A DNA stretch of 64,000 nucleotides from Thiohalomonadales bacterium (GTDB lineage: Bacteria > Pseudomonadota > Gammaproteobacteria > RBG-16-57-12). Made by a program: the position numbers and the translations under genes. The notes beneath the pieces are model-generated. The model saw only the letters and a list, made by a program, of their open reading frames with translations. It was not told where the DNA came from and made no database searches. Shown here piece by piece: positions 21,838-32,646 of the stretch. The stretch is taken from positions 76,988 to 140,987 of the forward strand of contig JBNKQQ010000033.1 in assembly GCA_050295955.1 (NCBI GenBank). The letters run 5' to 3'. Within the stretch, counting starts at the first letter, position 1. Each line of letters begins with the position of its first letter.

Positions 21838-24800
21838 CTAGGGCATGATTGTCACTGTGACGGTATCGCTATGCATCAGTTCTAAATCCATCACACCATC
21901 CATTTGGAACTCTACCCCGAAATGAAGGGTGTAAGTACCGCTAGGCAGGCCAGTTGCGTTTAGTACATCATAAGAGGATAAATCGAATAATGGCCCTTGA
22001 TGGGTAACCACCGCTTGGCTTGGAACCCAGCCCTGGTTCAGGGTGTAGTAATAGCGGCCTCCGGGGGTATCCGCCCATATCCACCACTCGGCATTGGCTC
22101 CCAAATAAGTGCCAGAGGCTAATGTTACAGTGACCAACAGGTTTTCATTCTGGCTAATATTGAGTGGCGTATCCAGGCCATTGGCCTTGATATCTGGCAC
22201 CGGATTGGTCGCTAAGCGTATCCCGTCACTGGTGCCGATGGCAGACCAGTAACCGTTGTTGTTTTGTGCGCGAACACTGAAAAAATACGGTTGGGATGGG
22301 ATTAAAGGTGTATTCATTAGACTGACGCTGCCAGAGGTTTGGCTTAGCGTAGGTTTCCAATCGCGGACATCCGCTTTGCCCGGGGCAGTACCGATGGCGT
22401 ATTCATATTCAGCAATTCCCCCGGTGTGTTGCGCACTCCAGGAAGCCGATAATGAGGTTTGTACATCGGTTACATCACCTTCATCTGTGACTTCGGGATG
22501 TTGTGGTGCCAGAAGCCCGCTGCGATTAGATGACAAGAGGTTGATTTCATTGTCGGTGGAGTGACCACTGTGCATGACGGGGAAGGCGGCCAGCTTTGTA
22601 CCGTCTTGATGGATTGTATATTCAATGCCGCCAGAAATGCTGTTCCATCCAAGGGGCTCTTTAATGAAAAGCGTGGGTATTGACCAGCTGGTGCCATCAA
22701 AGAGAGTTTCAAAGATCTGTGATTCGAAATACACCATGTTGGACTCTCGCTGTGAATAAGCGAGATGGAGGTTTCCATCTGGTGCGATGGCGGTGTCGAA
22801 AGCGACATAACCGGACTGACTTGAAACAACCGTTCGCGCATTAGACCAAGCATTGCCATCATGGATTCGATGAGCGAGTTCTGCCTTATTTGATGCCAGT
22901 GGGTTGGCGTAAAGCATATGCAGATTATCGGATGCGTCGATGTCCAGCGAGAATTTGGATGCATAAAGTACATTCGTGACAAATTCTGGTGATCCCCAGA
23001 TACCATTTGACCATTTCAGTAGGTAAGTGCCCCAATTTTCGAGAGATTGGCTATCGCCTTCTGACCAGGCCAGATAGCCCTGATTATTCGAATCAAATAA
23101 CAGCTTCAGGCCTGCATGGTAGTTAATATCCAGTGTTGTTTGAGCAATCAGGGTTTCACTTGACCAAGTGATGCCGTTATGAACTTTGTGATAGAACTCG
23201 GCATGACCGTTTCTGTAATCAGTCCATATGACATGGACTTGGCCATTGTTATCGACACCTATGCTGTTTTTTCCGTTAAACCCCCAAATATTCTGATCAA
23301 AGATTTCTGCATTGGTGGTGATTTGTTCCGGAGCACTCCAAGTGAGGTCTTGCGAATTTTGAACGGTATAAAATAATTCAGCATCCCATGGGGCGATATT
23401 TCCCGCGTAGACCACATGCACGTTGCCATTCGCATCGATGGTGGCACTAAAATCAGACTTTCCACCTGATATATTGGGAGCATCGGAAATCTCTTCTGCC
23501 GGTAACCAGTTACCGGATGCATCGACCGTTTTTGCATATACCAACGTACTGGCACCGTGGTTTTGTGTGATTACCACATGCCCGCCAGCGGCTCTGGTGA
23601 CTATTTTGGCCCCTACGTGACCATCAATAATATAGGGTCTTCCCAGGGCCGGGTGAGTATGTAAGAGAAAGGTATCACTGGAGATTATGCCGGATTGTGG
23701 TGACGAGATATCCAGTGTGAGAGCTGCCCAATGTTCTTTGGGGGTTGCCGGGTCAATGAGGAGCGTAATGGGGTCGCCTTGATTCGTTGCACTGACATTT
23801 TCCCCGATCGATGGGATAGCGGCTGTGTGATCGACCACAGAGATATAAGGGTCTGATGTGGTGAGTGAGACGGTGATATCGGTTTGTGGTAAACCAAAGT
23901 TTTTTACAGTAGGTTTCAGGTGAATTGTCTCACCGGGGTCAAGATAGCCATCAATGTTGCCTGATTGCTCTTCCGGCCAAATGCTGATGACGCTGAGTTT
24001 TGTGGGAGAGGTGGAAAGTTGTACTGAAGCGGCGGCATCGACGCGTCCTGCACCAAATTGGTTTACGTCATCGGGGTTGGCAGAATTAATATTGGCTGCC
24101 GTGGCAAGTAAATGGCGTTCAATCTGATCTGCATTCCAATCAGGGTGAGCGGCTTTCACTAGGGCGGCAACCCCTGCAATAACCGGTGAAGCCATGCTGG
24201 TTCCCGACATGTAACCGTAGCTACCATTAACCGTTGTGCTGTAGATGCTGCTCCCGGGGGCGGCAATATCAACCCAGACACCATGGTTGGTAAAATGGGC
24301 TCTGTCATCGGAACTGCTTTGGGTGGCGGCAACGGAAATGACACCCTCAAAATTGGCGGGATATTGTGGGCGATCAGAGCTATCGTTGCCTGCGGCGGCA
24401 ACGAGTAGCACACCTGCGCTTATACAATAGTCGATAGCCACTTTTTGAGTATGCGTGCTATAAGGGCTGCCAAAGCTCATATTGACAATGTCTGCACCAT
24501 TGTCGGCGGCATAAATCAGTGCTGCGGCTGTATCGGTAATTTGGAGCACACCGCTACCGCTAGTACTTTTGTAACCGGCGCGTAGTGGCATAAGGCTGAC
24601 ATTCCAGTTCACCCCTGTCACACCTAGTCCGTTGTTGCCATCTGCCCCCACAATTCCGGCGACATGCGTACCGTGTCCTTGAACGTCCATTGGGTCGTTA
24701 TCCGCAGGCCCAGCATCTTCACCGGCAAAGACCGAACTGGCAGAGACGGAGACAAAATCCCAGCCGCGAATGTCATCAATGAAGCCATTGCCATCATTGT

Positions 24801-25536
24801 CCGCATTGTCCCCTTCGATTTCGTCGCTATTGCGCCAGATATTGCTGGAGAGGTCTTCATGGGACCAGTTCACACCGGTATCTATAATCGCAACCACTAC
24901 GTTATGGCTGCCGGTTGTTACGTCCCAGGCGTTTGCGGCATCGATTCTGGCGAAATATCGTTGTGTTCCATAGCTTGGGTCGTTGGGCTGTGTCGCTTGT
25001 GTGTACTGCAAGTAGTTGGGTTCAGCAAATTCGATGTTGGGGTCATTTTGATATTCTGCCATCGCCTGCAAAACATCTGTGCCCTTGCCAAGTTTGATCT
25101 TGTAAATGCGCTGTAGGCTTTTTCGCATCTGCTTGGCTTTTTCTGGTAAATCCGCTCGAGGCATTTTGCTTCCTTGCAAAATGGATTGCATCTGGCTGAC
25201 TTCAAACCGCTTATGTAATATGTCTAAAGAGGGAATGCCGGTGATGATGTGGTTGTTAGCGCCCAGGCGAACAGGAGTTTCTTGCTCGCTTTTTAGCTTA
25301 ATAATGATTTCACTGTCCACAAAGGCTGGGGGTGAATTATCGGCTTGATTGGGTTTCGATGCCGGATTGGCATTGCCGTTGACGATGGCGTGGTGGTTGC
25401 CATTTGGGCTGATATCGTATGTGGTATTGATATCGGTTTGCACGCTGCTGCTATTTTGTCCTAAAACACTTCCGGCCCCTGTCAGCAGGGCCAGAGTGGG
25501 GATTGCGGTTAAAAATAAACGATAAGCTTTAGTCAT
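21838..25536 (-). CDS. secreted subtilisin-like serine protease (S8) with large C-terminal beta-propeller-like repeat region
   Basis: It has the signal peptide MTKAYRLFLTAIPTLALLTGAGSVLG and the catalytic triad motifs DTGV, HGTHVAG and GTSMASP. Repeated D-x-N-G-x-(V/L)H-(V/L)-x-(Y/W) units occur in the C-terminal half. Confidence 0.85.
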   Translation of the reverse strand: MTKAYRLFLTAIPTLALLTGAGSVLGQNSSSVQTDINTTYDISPNGNHHAIVNGNANPASKPNQADNSPPAFVDSEIIIKLKSEQETPVRLGANNHIITGIPSLDILHKRFEVSQMQSILQGSKMPRADLPEKAKQMRKSLQRIYKIKLGKGTDVLQAMAEYQNDPNIEFAEPNYLQYTQATQPNDPSYGTQRYFARIDAANAWDVTTGSHNVVVAIIDTGVNWSHEDLSSNIWRNSDEIEGDNADNDGNGFIDDIRGWDFVSVSASSVFAGEDAGPADNDPMDVQGHGTHVAGIVGADGNNGLGVTGVNWNVSLMPLRAGYKSTSGSGVLQITDTAAALIYAADNGADIVNMSFGSPYSTHTQKVAIDYCISAGVLLVAAAGNDSSDRPQYPANFEGVISVAATQSSSDDRAHFTNHGVWVDIAAPGSSIYSTTVNGSYGYMSGTSMASPVIAGVAALVKAAHPDWNADQIERHLLATAANINSANPDDVNQFGAGRVDAAASVQLSTSPTKLSVISIWPEEQSGNIDGYLDPGETIHLKPTVKNFGLPQTDITVSLTTSDPYISVVDHTAAIPSIGENVSATNQGDPITLLIDPATPKEHWAALTLDISSPQSGIISSDTFLLHTHPALGRPYIIDGHVGAKIVTRAAGGHVVITQNHGASTLVYAKTVDASGNWLPAEEISDAPNISGGKSDFSATIDANGNVHVVYAGNIAPWDAELFYTVQNSQDLTWSAPEQITTNAEIFDQNIWGFNGKNSIGVDNNGQVHVIWTDYRNGHAEFYHKVHNGITWSSETLIAQTTLDINYHAGLKLLFDSNNQGYLAWSEGDSQSLENWGTYLLKWSNGIWGSPEFVTNVLYASKFSLDIDASDNLHMLYANPLASNKAELAHRIHDGNAWSNARTVVSSQSGYVAFDTAIAPDGNLHLAYSQRESNMVYFESQIFETLFDGTSWSIPTLFIKEPLGWNSISGGIEYTIHQDGTKLAAFPVMHSGHSTDNEINLLSSNRSGLLAPQHPEVTDEGDVTDVQTSLSASWSAQHTGGIAEYEYAIGTAPGKADVRDWKPTLSQTSGSVSLMNTPLIPSQPYFFSVRAQNNNGYWSAIGTSDGIRLATNPVPDIKANGLDTPLNISQNENLLVTVTLASGTYLGANAEWWIWADTPGGRYYYTLNQGWVPSQAVVTHQGPLFDLSSYDVLNATGLPSGTYTLHFGVEFQMDGVMDLELMHSDTVTVTIMP

Positions 25537-25828
25537 AAATCTCACTTCCATATAAGGCGGGTCTTATGGTGTTGGCGTATTGAGTTGCCACGTAAACGGG
25601 CATGATGGATACACTGATGAGTTCCTAGGCCAGCGCTTTTGTCGGTGCCAATCCAATAGCCTATTGGCATACTACACTAAAACTACCAATATTATTACTG
25701 TTATCAATGCGGCAGCGAGAGCAGTATCTGGTGGTGATATCGGAGCAATATCTCACCCCCGAACGCATGAGTGAATGGGGAGGCGTTGGGCTTAACGCTT
25801 GATGATATAGGCAAGTCCTAGCAGTGAA

Positions 25829-26191
25829 CTACTCAATATCACCAGAGAGATAGGTATCGACTTCATACATAATGTACTCGTTTTTACCCACATTACGGGT
25901 GACCTCGATAATGTCTTCATAGGTGTAGTTATGGAGATTAAAGCTCAGCTCGGTGAGGCGCTCGTTGTTATAGTACAGCTCTAACAAAAGCAAGATTCGA
26001 TCAACCTCGCCACTCTCATCTCGACAGATGCGTATCGCACTTACAATCCGCAAGGCACGATCTATATTGTTGATATAGCGCAGTGTCGACAGGTGAGTGA
26101 TTTGTGCTTCAGTAAACATAGGGAGCCCGATCATGTCTCTTTCATCTGATCCATGACAAGCAAGAATTTGACCAACTGCTATTGATGCCAA
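25829..26191 (-). CDS. hypothetical protein
   Basis: It is a 120-aa ORF in an otherwise unassigned gap, with no recognisable motifs. Confidence 0.3.
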   Translation of the reverse strand: MASIAVGQILACHGSDERDMIGLPMFTEAQITHLSTLRYINNIDRALRIVSAIRICRDESGEVDRILLLLELYYNNERLTELSFNLHNYTYEDIIEVTRNVGKNEYIMYEVDTYLSGDIE

Positions 26192-26369
26192 AACCCTTGT
26201 GTATCACCACTTCCACTTCTTCTATGGGGTGTTTTGTCACATCAATGAGGTACTTTTTGTGGCATATCGAACGTAGTGTTGGTTGGGGGGATATTAAATT
26301 CCATCATCTGATACTATTGCTATTTATGCTTATGTTAAAACCTATAAGAAGAAATAAAGGCCATTCTTA

Positions 26370-26966
26370 ATGATTGAAATTATTCCTAACTGGCATCCTA
26401 TATTTGTCCATTTTACCGTAGGCTTATTGTCACTATCGGTTGGCTTATTTTTAGTAACGCCGTTAATTCATAATGAATTAAAAGAGCAGTGGCAGATCGT
26501 TGCTCGTTGGTGCCTTTGGTTTGGAGCTTTATCTACGCTACTGACGGGTGCTACAGGTTTATATGCTTATAACACGGTGGCTCATGATACACCTTCGCAT
26601 ATTGCGATGACCGAGCATCGTAATTGGGCCATTGTGACGATTATCTTGTTTGTCTTGCTGGCAATCTGGTCTGCGATTTGGGTGAAACAAAAGAAAGTGT
26701 TAAACATTGCTTTCGTTGCTGCAATGGTTGTGTCTGGAGGGGTATTGGTATCCACGGCATGGCATGGCGGAGAGTTGGTTTATCGATATGGGCTGGGTGT
26801 CATGTCTTTACCTCAAGCCAATGGTGATGGGCATGATCATGCTCACGGTGAGCATGTTGAAAGTAGTCACCACGAAGATATCAGTGACACAGAGATGGAT
26901 TTTGGTGGCATGGAAGAGATGATGGATGATCATGCTCCACACTCTGATCACGACCACACCCATTAG
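26370..26966 (+). CDS. DUF2231-like membrane protein with His/Met-rich metal-binding tail
   Basis: It has four TM segments and the C-terminal tail HDHAHGEHVESSHHED...HAPHSDHDHTH. It lies upstream of the copper-efflux module. Confidence 0.6.
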   Translation: MIEIIPNWHPIFVHFTVGLLSLSVGLFLVTPLIHNELKEQWQIVARWCLWFGALSTLLTGATGLYAYNTVAHDTPSHIAMTEHRNWAIVTIILFVLLAIWSAIWVKQKKVLNIAFVAAMVVSGGVLVSTAWHGGELVYRYGLGVMSLPQANGDGHDHAHGEHVESSHHEDISDTEMDFGGMEEMMDDHAPHSDHDHTH

Positions 26967-27016
26967 TCTTCATATTTACCTTGTCACTGGCTTAGGATGT
27001 TTTAAGTGGTATAAGG

Positions 27017-27049
27017 CTTGACCTGTGTGTTACACACAGGTTGTATAGT
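27017..27049 (+). promoter_or_regulatory. MerR-type promoter with operator dyad between -35 and -10
   Basis: There is a -35 ttgacc, then a 20-bp spacer containing the perfect palindrome acctgtgtg-tta-cacacaggt, then a -10 tatagt. Confidence 0.75.
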
Positions 27050-27083
27050 TGTCTCATTGGTAGTCAAAACGGAGCCCAAGGCT

Positions 27084-27497
27084 ATGATGAAGGTGAGTGA
27101 ACTAGCGAGTTTAGCCAACGTAACCCAAGATGCGGTACGTCACTATGTGCGTATTGGTTTGTTAACGCCATTGCGTGATGAAACCAATGGTTATAAGTTA
27201 TTTTCTGAACAGGACCTCCAGCTGGTCCGGTTTATCGGCCAAGCCAAACGGCTTGGTTTTTCCCTCCAAGAGATTAAACAAATCTTTCAGCAAAGTGGCC
27301 AAGGGGCTTCACCCTGTCCAATGGTTCGAGAGCTTTTGCAGCAGCGTATTACTGAGAACCAGCAAAAAATAGCAGAACTGACGGCTCTTCAGGCGCGAAT
27401 GGAGCAGGCTTTAGGTCAGTGGCAATCCATGCCCGATGGTACGCCAGATGGTCATTCTGTATGTTGTTTGATTGAGTCCTTAGGAGAGCCGCTATGA
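27084..27497 (+). CDS. MerR-family heavy-metal-responsive transcriptional regulator (CueR-like)
   Basis: It has an N-terminal MerR HTH ([26 protein letters not shown]), a dimerisation helix and C-terminal Cys residues (SPCP, VCC). The start was moved to MMKV because the longer ORF overlaps its own promoter. Confidence 0.85.
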   Translation: MMKVSELASLANVTQDAVRHYVRIGLLTPLRDETNGYKLFSEQDLQLVRFIGQAKRLGFSLQEIKQIFQQSGQGASPCPMVRELLQQRITENQQKIAELTALQARMEQALGQWQSMPDGTPDGHSVCCLIESLGEPL

Positions 27498-29983
27498 ATA
27501 CTTCACTGGATAAAACAACGTCTACGGATGAGTTGCCGCTGCACGATCCTGTCTGTGGTATGGAGGTGACGACCGACTCTATTCATCAAGCGGAATACCA
27601 AGGAAAGACTTACTACTTTTGCAGTCAGCACTGTCAGTATAAGTTTAGTGCGGCACCGGCTCAATACCTCGAAGTGGATGAGAAACCGGCGCATAGTTGT
27701 TGCTCCGCCCATGGCGCTTCCCATCATGCCCAGCAACCAGCTAGCCCGGTGGATGAAACGGCTATTTATACATGCCCGATGGACCCAGAGGTGGAGCAGG
27801 TGGGGCCTGGTACCTGTCCAAAATGTGGCATGGCTTTGGAGCCTAAATCGATTCCTCTGGCGAGTACTAAAACAGAGTACATCTGCCCAATGCACCCTGA
27901 GGTAATACAGGATCAACCAGGTGATTGCCCAATATGCGGTATGGCCCTGGAGCCCAGAACCGTCGCGGTGGATGAAGCCAATCCTGAGCTGGATGACATG
28001 TCGCGTCGGTTTTGGGTAAGTGTGGTCTTTGCCTTACCGGTATTTGGCTTATCAATGATGGCAGACATGGCACCGCAGCTGTTGGCAGGTGTGCTTTCTG
28101 TGAAGAGCATCCAGTGGATCTTATTTCTATTATCAACACCTGTGGTACTTTGGTGTGGCTGGCCGTTTTATCAACGGGCAGTGCAATCCGTGCGTAGCGG
28201 ACACCTCAACATGTTTACCTTGATCGGCCTCGGTGTCTCGGTTGCCTGGATTTACAGTCTATTCGCACTCTTTGCACCACAGCTATTTCCGCCGGCTATG
28301 CAGGGTGAGGGAGGCAGAGTACATGTCTATTTTGAAGCGGCAGCCGTCATTACCTGTTTGGTGCTATTGGGGCAGGTACTGGAACTGCGTGCCCGTTCAC
28401 GCACTAATGCGGCTATCAAGCTGCTGTTAGGATTAGCACCAAACACTGCGCGTATTGTGGGGGACGATGGTAGTGAAAAGGATATTCCACTTGAGCAGGT
28501 GCAACCGGGTGATGTGCTGCGGGTGAGGCCCGGTGAAAAAGTGCCTGTGGATGGTGTGGTGCTAGAGGGCGACAGTCACATCGATGAATCCATGGTGACG
28601 GGGGAACCGGTTCCTGTGGCGAAACATGCAGGGGAAACGCTGATTGGCGCAACCGTAAATGGTACGGGGAGCTTATTGATGCGTGCGGAAAAGGTGGGGG
28701 CCGACACCTTGCTAGCTCAGATTGTGAACATGGTGGCCGAAGCACAGCGCTCTCGCGCACCCATTCAAAAAATGGCAGATCAGGTGGCGGGTTACTTTGT
28801 GCCGACGGTGGTTTTGATATCCATCCTTACCTTTATTGTATGGAGCCTATTTGGGCCAGAACCTGCGCTCGCTTTTGCGGTAGTTAATGCCGTTGCCGTG
28901 TTGATCATTGCATGTCCATGTGCCTTGGGGTTGGCCACACCCATTTCTATTATGGTGGGTACCGGGCGGGGCGCAACGGAAGGGGTGTTAATTAAAAATG
29001 CCGAGTCCTTAGAGATAATGGAAAAGATCGACACCTTGGTGGTGGATAAGACAGGGACCTTAACTGAAGGTAAGCCCGAGCTGGTCTCCATTATCACTTC
29101 CGGGGCGTTTGATGAAGCGGTTGTTCTCAGGCTGGCAGCAAGTTTGGAACGGAGTAGCGAGCACCCCTTGGCTGAAGCCATTGTGCGCGGTGCGGAAAGT
29201 CGAAATATCACCTTACAAAGTGTGAATCACTTCCAGTCGATTACCGGTCAGGGCGTGACGGGTGATGTAGAAGGGCATCAGGTGGCATTGGGTAACCTCA
29301 AACTGCTAGCGGGCTTCAATATTGATACCTCAGCTTTAAGCGCACAAGCAGACCAACAGCGTAGTCTGGGGCAAACCGTTATGTTTGTGATGATCGACGG
29401 GAAGCCTGCAGGGCTCATTGGGGTCGCCGACCCCATTAAACCCTCCACACCAGAAGCCATTGCGGCTTTGCACCAGGAAGGCATCGAAGTGGTTATGCTC
29501 ACGGGAGATAGCCGAAAGACGGCAGAGGCCGTGGCGAATCAACTTGGTATTGATCAGATTCAGGCTGAAGTGCTACCCGAACAAAAGGCCGAAGTGATTA
29601 AACAGCTTCAAGCGCAAGGCAAAGTGGTGGCTATGGCGGGTGATGGCATTAACGATGCGCCAGCACTAGCTCAGGCTCAGGTGGGTATCGCTATGGGCAC
29701 AGGTACCGATGTGGCAATGGAGAGTGCCGGGGTGACACTGGTTAAAGGGGATCTGCGGGGCATTGTCCGTGCCCGTCGCCTATCACGTGCCACAATGCGC
29801 AACATTCGACAAAACCTTTTCTTTGCCTTTGTTTATAACTCATTGGGCGTACCTATTGCCGCAGGCGTACTTTACCCGGTATTTGGTGTATTACTGTCGC
29901 CTATGATTGCCGCGGCGGCAATGAGCTTTAGCTCCGTATCCGTTATTACTAATGCGCTACGCCTTCGAAAGGTGAGTTTGTAA
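27494..29983 (+). CDS. copA: copper-translocating P1B-type ATPase
   Basis: It has an N-terminal TRASH/YHS-like domain (CGMEV...CSQHC) and two CPMxPE...CPxCGM metal-binding repeats. It also has the CPC transmembrane motif, the DKTGTLT phosphorylation site and GDGINDAP. Confidence 0.93.
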   Translation: MNTSLDKTTSTDELPLHDPVCGMEVTTDSIHQAEYQGKTYYFCSQHCQYKFSAAPAQYLEVDEKPAHSCCSAHGASHHAQQPASPVDETAIYTCPMDPEVEQVGPGTCPKCGMALEPKSIPLASTKTEYICPMHPEVIQDQPGDCPICGMALEPRTVAVDEANPELDDMSRRFWVSVVFALPVFGLSMMADMAPQLLAGVLSVKSIQWILFLLSTPVVLWCGWPFYQRAVQSVRSGHLNMFTLIGLGVSVAWIYSLFALFAPQLFPPAMQGEGGRVHVYFEAAAVITCLVLLGQVLELRARSRTNAAIKLLLGLAPNTARIVGDDGSEKDIPLEQVQPGDVLRVRPGEKVPVDGVVLEGDSHIDESMVTGEPVPVAKHAGETLIGATVNGTGSLLMRAEKVGADTLLAQIVNMVAEAQRSRAPIQKMADQVAGYFVPTVVLISILTFIVWSLFGPEPALAFAVVNAVAVLIIACPCALGLATPISIMVGTGRGATEGVLIKNAESLEIMEKIDTLVVDKTGTLTEGKPELVSIITSGAFDEAVVLRLAASLERSSEHPLAEAIVRGAESRNITLQSVNHFQSITGQGVTGDVEGHQVALGNLKLLAGFNIDTSALSAQADQQRSLGQTVMFVMIDGKPAGLIGVADPIKPSTPEAIAALHQEGIEVVMLTGDSRKTAEAVANQLGIDQIQAEVLPEQKAEVIKQLQAQGKVVAMAGDGINDAPALAQAQVGIAMGTGTDVAMESAGVTLVKGDLRGIVRARRLSRATMRNIRQNLFFAFVYNSLGVPIAAGVLYPVFGVLLSPMIAAAAMSFSSVSVITNALRLRKVSL

Positions 29984-29990
29984 TTTCACG

Positions 29991-30030
29991 ATAACCCGCA
30001 AAGCGCCCAAGCCTTGCGGGTTATTTAATG
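29991..30030 (+). terminator. putative terminator after copA
   Basis: The hairpin aacccgcaaag-cgcccaagc-ctttgcgggtt is followed by a weak T-run. Confidence 0.5.
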
Positions 30031-30135
30031 ACATCACTGTGAGCAGATAAATAAAGCAACTTTAAAGAGGTTTAGATATCTCTCTTCCTACCGCAATCCA
30101 TATACCCATCACATAACCTATCAGGAGAGATGTAG

Positions 30136-31905
30136 ATGTTGATTAATGGAAAGCGCCCCAACTTTTTGCTTATCACTACCGACGAAGAACGATACCCACC
30201 TGTTTATGAAAACCCCGAAGCAAAGGCCTACCGATTGGAGCACAGTAAAGCCATCAGGCGCATGTGTAGCCAGGGGATGCGCTTTACCAACCACTATACC
30301 GCTAGCACCGCCTGCGCACCCAGCCGAGCTTCCATCTATACCGGTCAGTACCCTTCGCTACACGGTGTAAGCCAAACGCCAGGCATTGGCAAATCTTCAT
30401 TTGATGAAAATATGTTCTGGCTGGAGCCCAATACGGTGCCTACCCTGGGTAACTATTTCCGCACTGCAGGCTATCAAACCTGGTACCACGGCAAGTGGCA
30501 TATCTCTTACGAGGATATCGACGTACCCGGTACACAGACTGGCCTACTCAGTAACGACATCAACGGAAACCCCTTTCCAGAGCGCATACGTCTCTATGGT
30601 GAATCAAACCGCCTGGATAAATTCGGTTTTGATGGCTGGATTGGTCCCGAGCCACACGGTGCTCTACAGCAAAACGATGGTACCGCCCGGGACCCAGGCT
30701 TCGCGGATCAAGTCTGTCGTACCTTAAAACATCTGGATCAACAGGCGCAGCAGGGGGATGACACACCGTTCCTGTTAGTTTCCTCCTTCCTCAATCCCCA
30801 CGATATTGTTTTGGCGGGGCAGTTACAGGCGTCCTGGTTCCCAGAATTTCAACAGGCACAGGCAAACGGTACGCTGCCAAAAGTGGATAAAGCTCCCACC
30901 GCCGACGAACCCCTGGCCAGCAAGCCCCGCTGCCAACAGGACTATCGTTATACCTATCCACGCATGTATCTGCCGCAGATGGATAACGAAACCTATCGCC
31001 AGTTCTACTACTTCCTAATGGCCCAGGTGAACACCCATATCGATAAAGTCTACGCCACACTACAAGGAACCTCTTTCGCGGATAACACCATCGTGGTGTT
31101 CTTCTCCGACCACGGCGAAATGCTGGGCGCCCACGGCGGCCTGCATCAGAAGTGGTACAACGCCTACCAAGAGACAATCCACGTACCCTTCATTGTCTCC
31201 AATCCCATACTCTTTGACGGTGCTAAAGAGAGCGATGTGCCTACTTCACATGTAGACCTGTTGCCTACGTTACTGGGCTTGGCTGATATCGACCAGGAAC
31301 AGGCTCGTAAAACGTTATCGGAAAACCACAGCGAAGCGCGGCCACTGGTAGGCAAAGACTTATCAGAACTGATTGCGAATGGTAAAAAAGTGGATGACGA
31401 AACTATCTACTTCTGCACCGATGACAATGTGGAAGTAGGCGAACAGATGAACAATCCCGTTACTGGCGTTGCCTACAATGCCATTATTCAACCCAAGCAT
31501 ATCGAAACCGTAGTGACCCGGCTGCCCAAGCTCACTGGCGACACCCTATGGAAATACTCCCGCTACTTCGATAATCCCCGTTTCTACGCCACCAGCGGAG
31601 CAATATCCACAGTCGCTACCAATAACGGAAACCTCCTAGGCGCGCTCCCTGCCACCGGCAATCCCGACGGCATTACTACCGCACGCTTCATCCCACCAGA
31701 ATATGAGTGCTACAACCTCAATGAAGATCCACTGGAAGAGATCAACCTCATGTCACCAGTCTCCACCAAAAAGTTAGACAAAAAAATCCACCAGGCACTG
31801 GAACAAGTACTCCACCAACAACGGGAAGCCAAACGCCTCCTCCCCCATACCCTAAACGACCAACAAGAGATCGCACAAAAGATAGAAGTTCCAATACGGA
31901 ATTAG
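30136..31905 (+). CDS. sulfatase (formylglycine-dependent, arylsulfatase family)
   Basis: It has the CAPSRASIYTG (C-x-P-x-R) formylglycine motif. No obvious signal peptide is present. Confidence 0.88.
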   Translation: MLINGKRPNFLLITTDEERYPPVYENPEAKAYRLEHSKAIRRMCSQGMRFTNHYTASTACAPSRASIYTGQYPSLHGVSQTPGIGKSSFDENMFWLEPNTVPTLGNYFRTAGYQTWYHGKWHISYEDIDVPGTQTGLLSNDINGNPFPERIRLYGESNRLDKFGFDGWIGPEPHGALQQNDGTARDPGFADQVCRTLKHLDQQAQQGDDTPFLLVSSFLNPHDIVLAGQLQASWFPEFQQAQANGTLPKVDKAPTADEPLASKPRCQQDYRYTYPRMYLPQMDNETYRQFYYFLMAQVNTHIDKVYATLQGTSFADNTIVVFFSDHGEMLGAHGGLHQKWYNAYQETIHVPFIVSNPILFDGAKESDVPTSHVDLLPTLLGLADIDQEQARKTLSENHSEARPLVGKDLSELIANGKKVDDETIYFCTDDNVEVGEQMNNPVTGVAYNAIIQPKHIETVVTRLPKLTGDTLWKYSRYFDNPRFYATSGAISTVATNNGNLLGALPATGNPDGITTARFIPPEYECYNLNEDPLEEINLMSPVSTKKLDKKIHQALEQVLHQQREAKRLLPHTLNDQQEIAQKIEVPIRN

Positions 31906-31955
31906 GGACTTCTGCAGAAGTTTCCAGGATAGAGAGCCGGCGAAAGCCGGCTTTA
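31861..31955. repeat. direct repeat copy B1 (sulfatase 3' end + terminator hairpin), paired with 32647..32745
   Basis: The sequence caacaagaga...gaagttccaatacggaattagggacttctgcagaagtttccaggatagagagccggcgaaagccggcttt recurs after parE with about 88% identity. Confidence 0.8.
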
Positions 31956-32026
31956 TAACAACATATGTATATTATTGACAATTTGTTGTTTGTAGATATG
32001 CTTATATGTATGACATATAGAGCGAG

Positions 32027-32293
32027 GTGTATCTTATGCGTCTTTCCATTGAAATAACCCCAGAACAACATCAAAAACTAAAGGCCATTGCCGCTCTGCA
32101 AGGTAAAACCATCAAAGACTACGTTCTTGAGCGTTCGTTACCCAACTTTGGGGATGATGACAGTAAGGCTCTGGAAGCGCTAGAGAACTTCCTCAAACCT
32201 AGAGTTAAAGCGGCAAAGAATGGTGATTTCTCAGAAAAATCAGTGAGCGATATATTTGACGAGATTGAGAAGGGGGATGACTCCCAGCAATGA
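32027..32293 (+). CDS. type II antitoxin, ParD/RHH-like
   Basis: It is an 88-aa RHH-type protein (MRLSIEITPEQHQKLKAIAALQGKTIKDYV) that is translationally coupled (caATGA) to the toxin gene. Confidence 0.75.
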   Translation: MYLMRLSIEITPEQHQKLKAIAALQGKTIKDYVLERSLPNFGDDDSKALEALENFLKPRVKAAKNGDFSEKSVSDIFDEIEKGDDSQQ

Positions 32294-32598
32294 CTTCATA
32301 TCGTTTAACGAAAGATGCAGAAAATGACCTGAGAAGTATCGCCCGCTACACACTAGATAATCACGGCAGCAAACAACTTCAGCTATACCGAAGCAAGCTT
32401 GAGGCTAAATTCTTAGAGATAGCTGAAGGGACAGTGATAGCCAAATCATTCTCCTTAAATATACCCGAAGTTCTCGTTACAAGATGTGAGCATCACTTTG
32501 TGTTTTTCCTCTCAGGCAACCCAGCCATCATCATTGCGATTCTTCACGAAAAAATGGACATGATTTCACGTTTAGGGAAGCGCTTAGATAATGAGTGA
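32290..32598 (+). CDS. type II toxin, ParE/RelE family
   Basis: It is a 102-aa protein with a ParE-like N-terminus (YRLTKDAENDLRSIARYT), and its start overlaps the antitoxin stop. Confidence 0.8.
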   Translation: MTSYRLTKDAENDLRSIARYTLDNHGSKQLQLYRSKLEAKFLEIAEGTVIAKSFSLNIPEVLVTRCEHHFVFFLSGNPAIIIAILHEKMDMISRLGKRLDNE

Positions 32599-32646
32599 TG
32601 GTTACTAATGTTAAATAGACTAATCAAGGTAGATATCCTCAATAAC

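Noticed and set aside
27018-27083. Longer MerR regulator ORF starting at 27018
   Set aside because: The extension overlaps the -35/dyad/-10 promoter, and MerR-family proteins begin directly with the HTH (MKVSEL...), so the start was moved to 27084.
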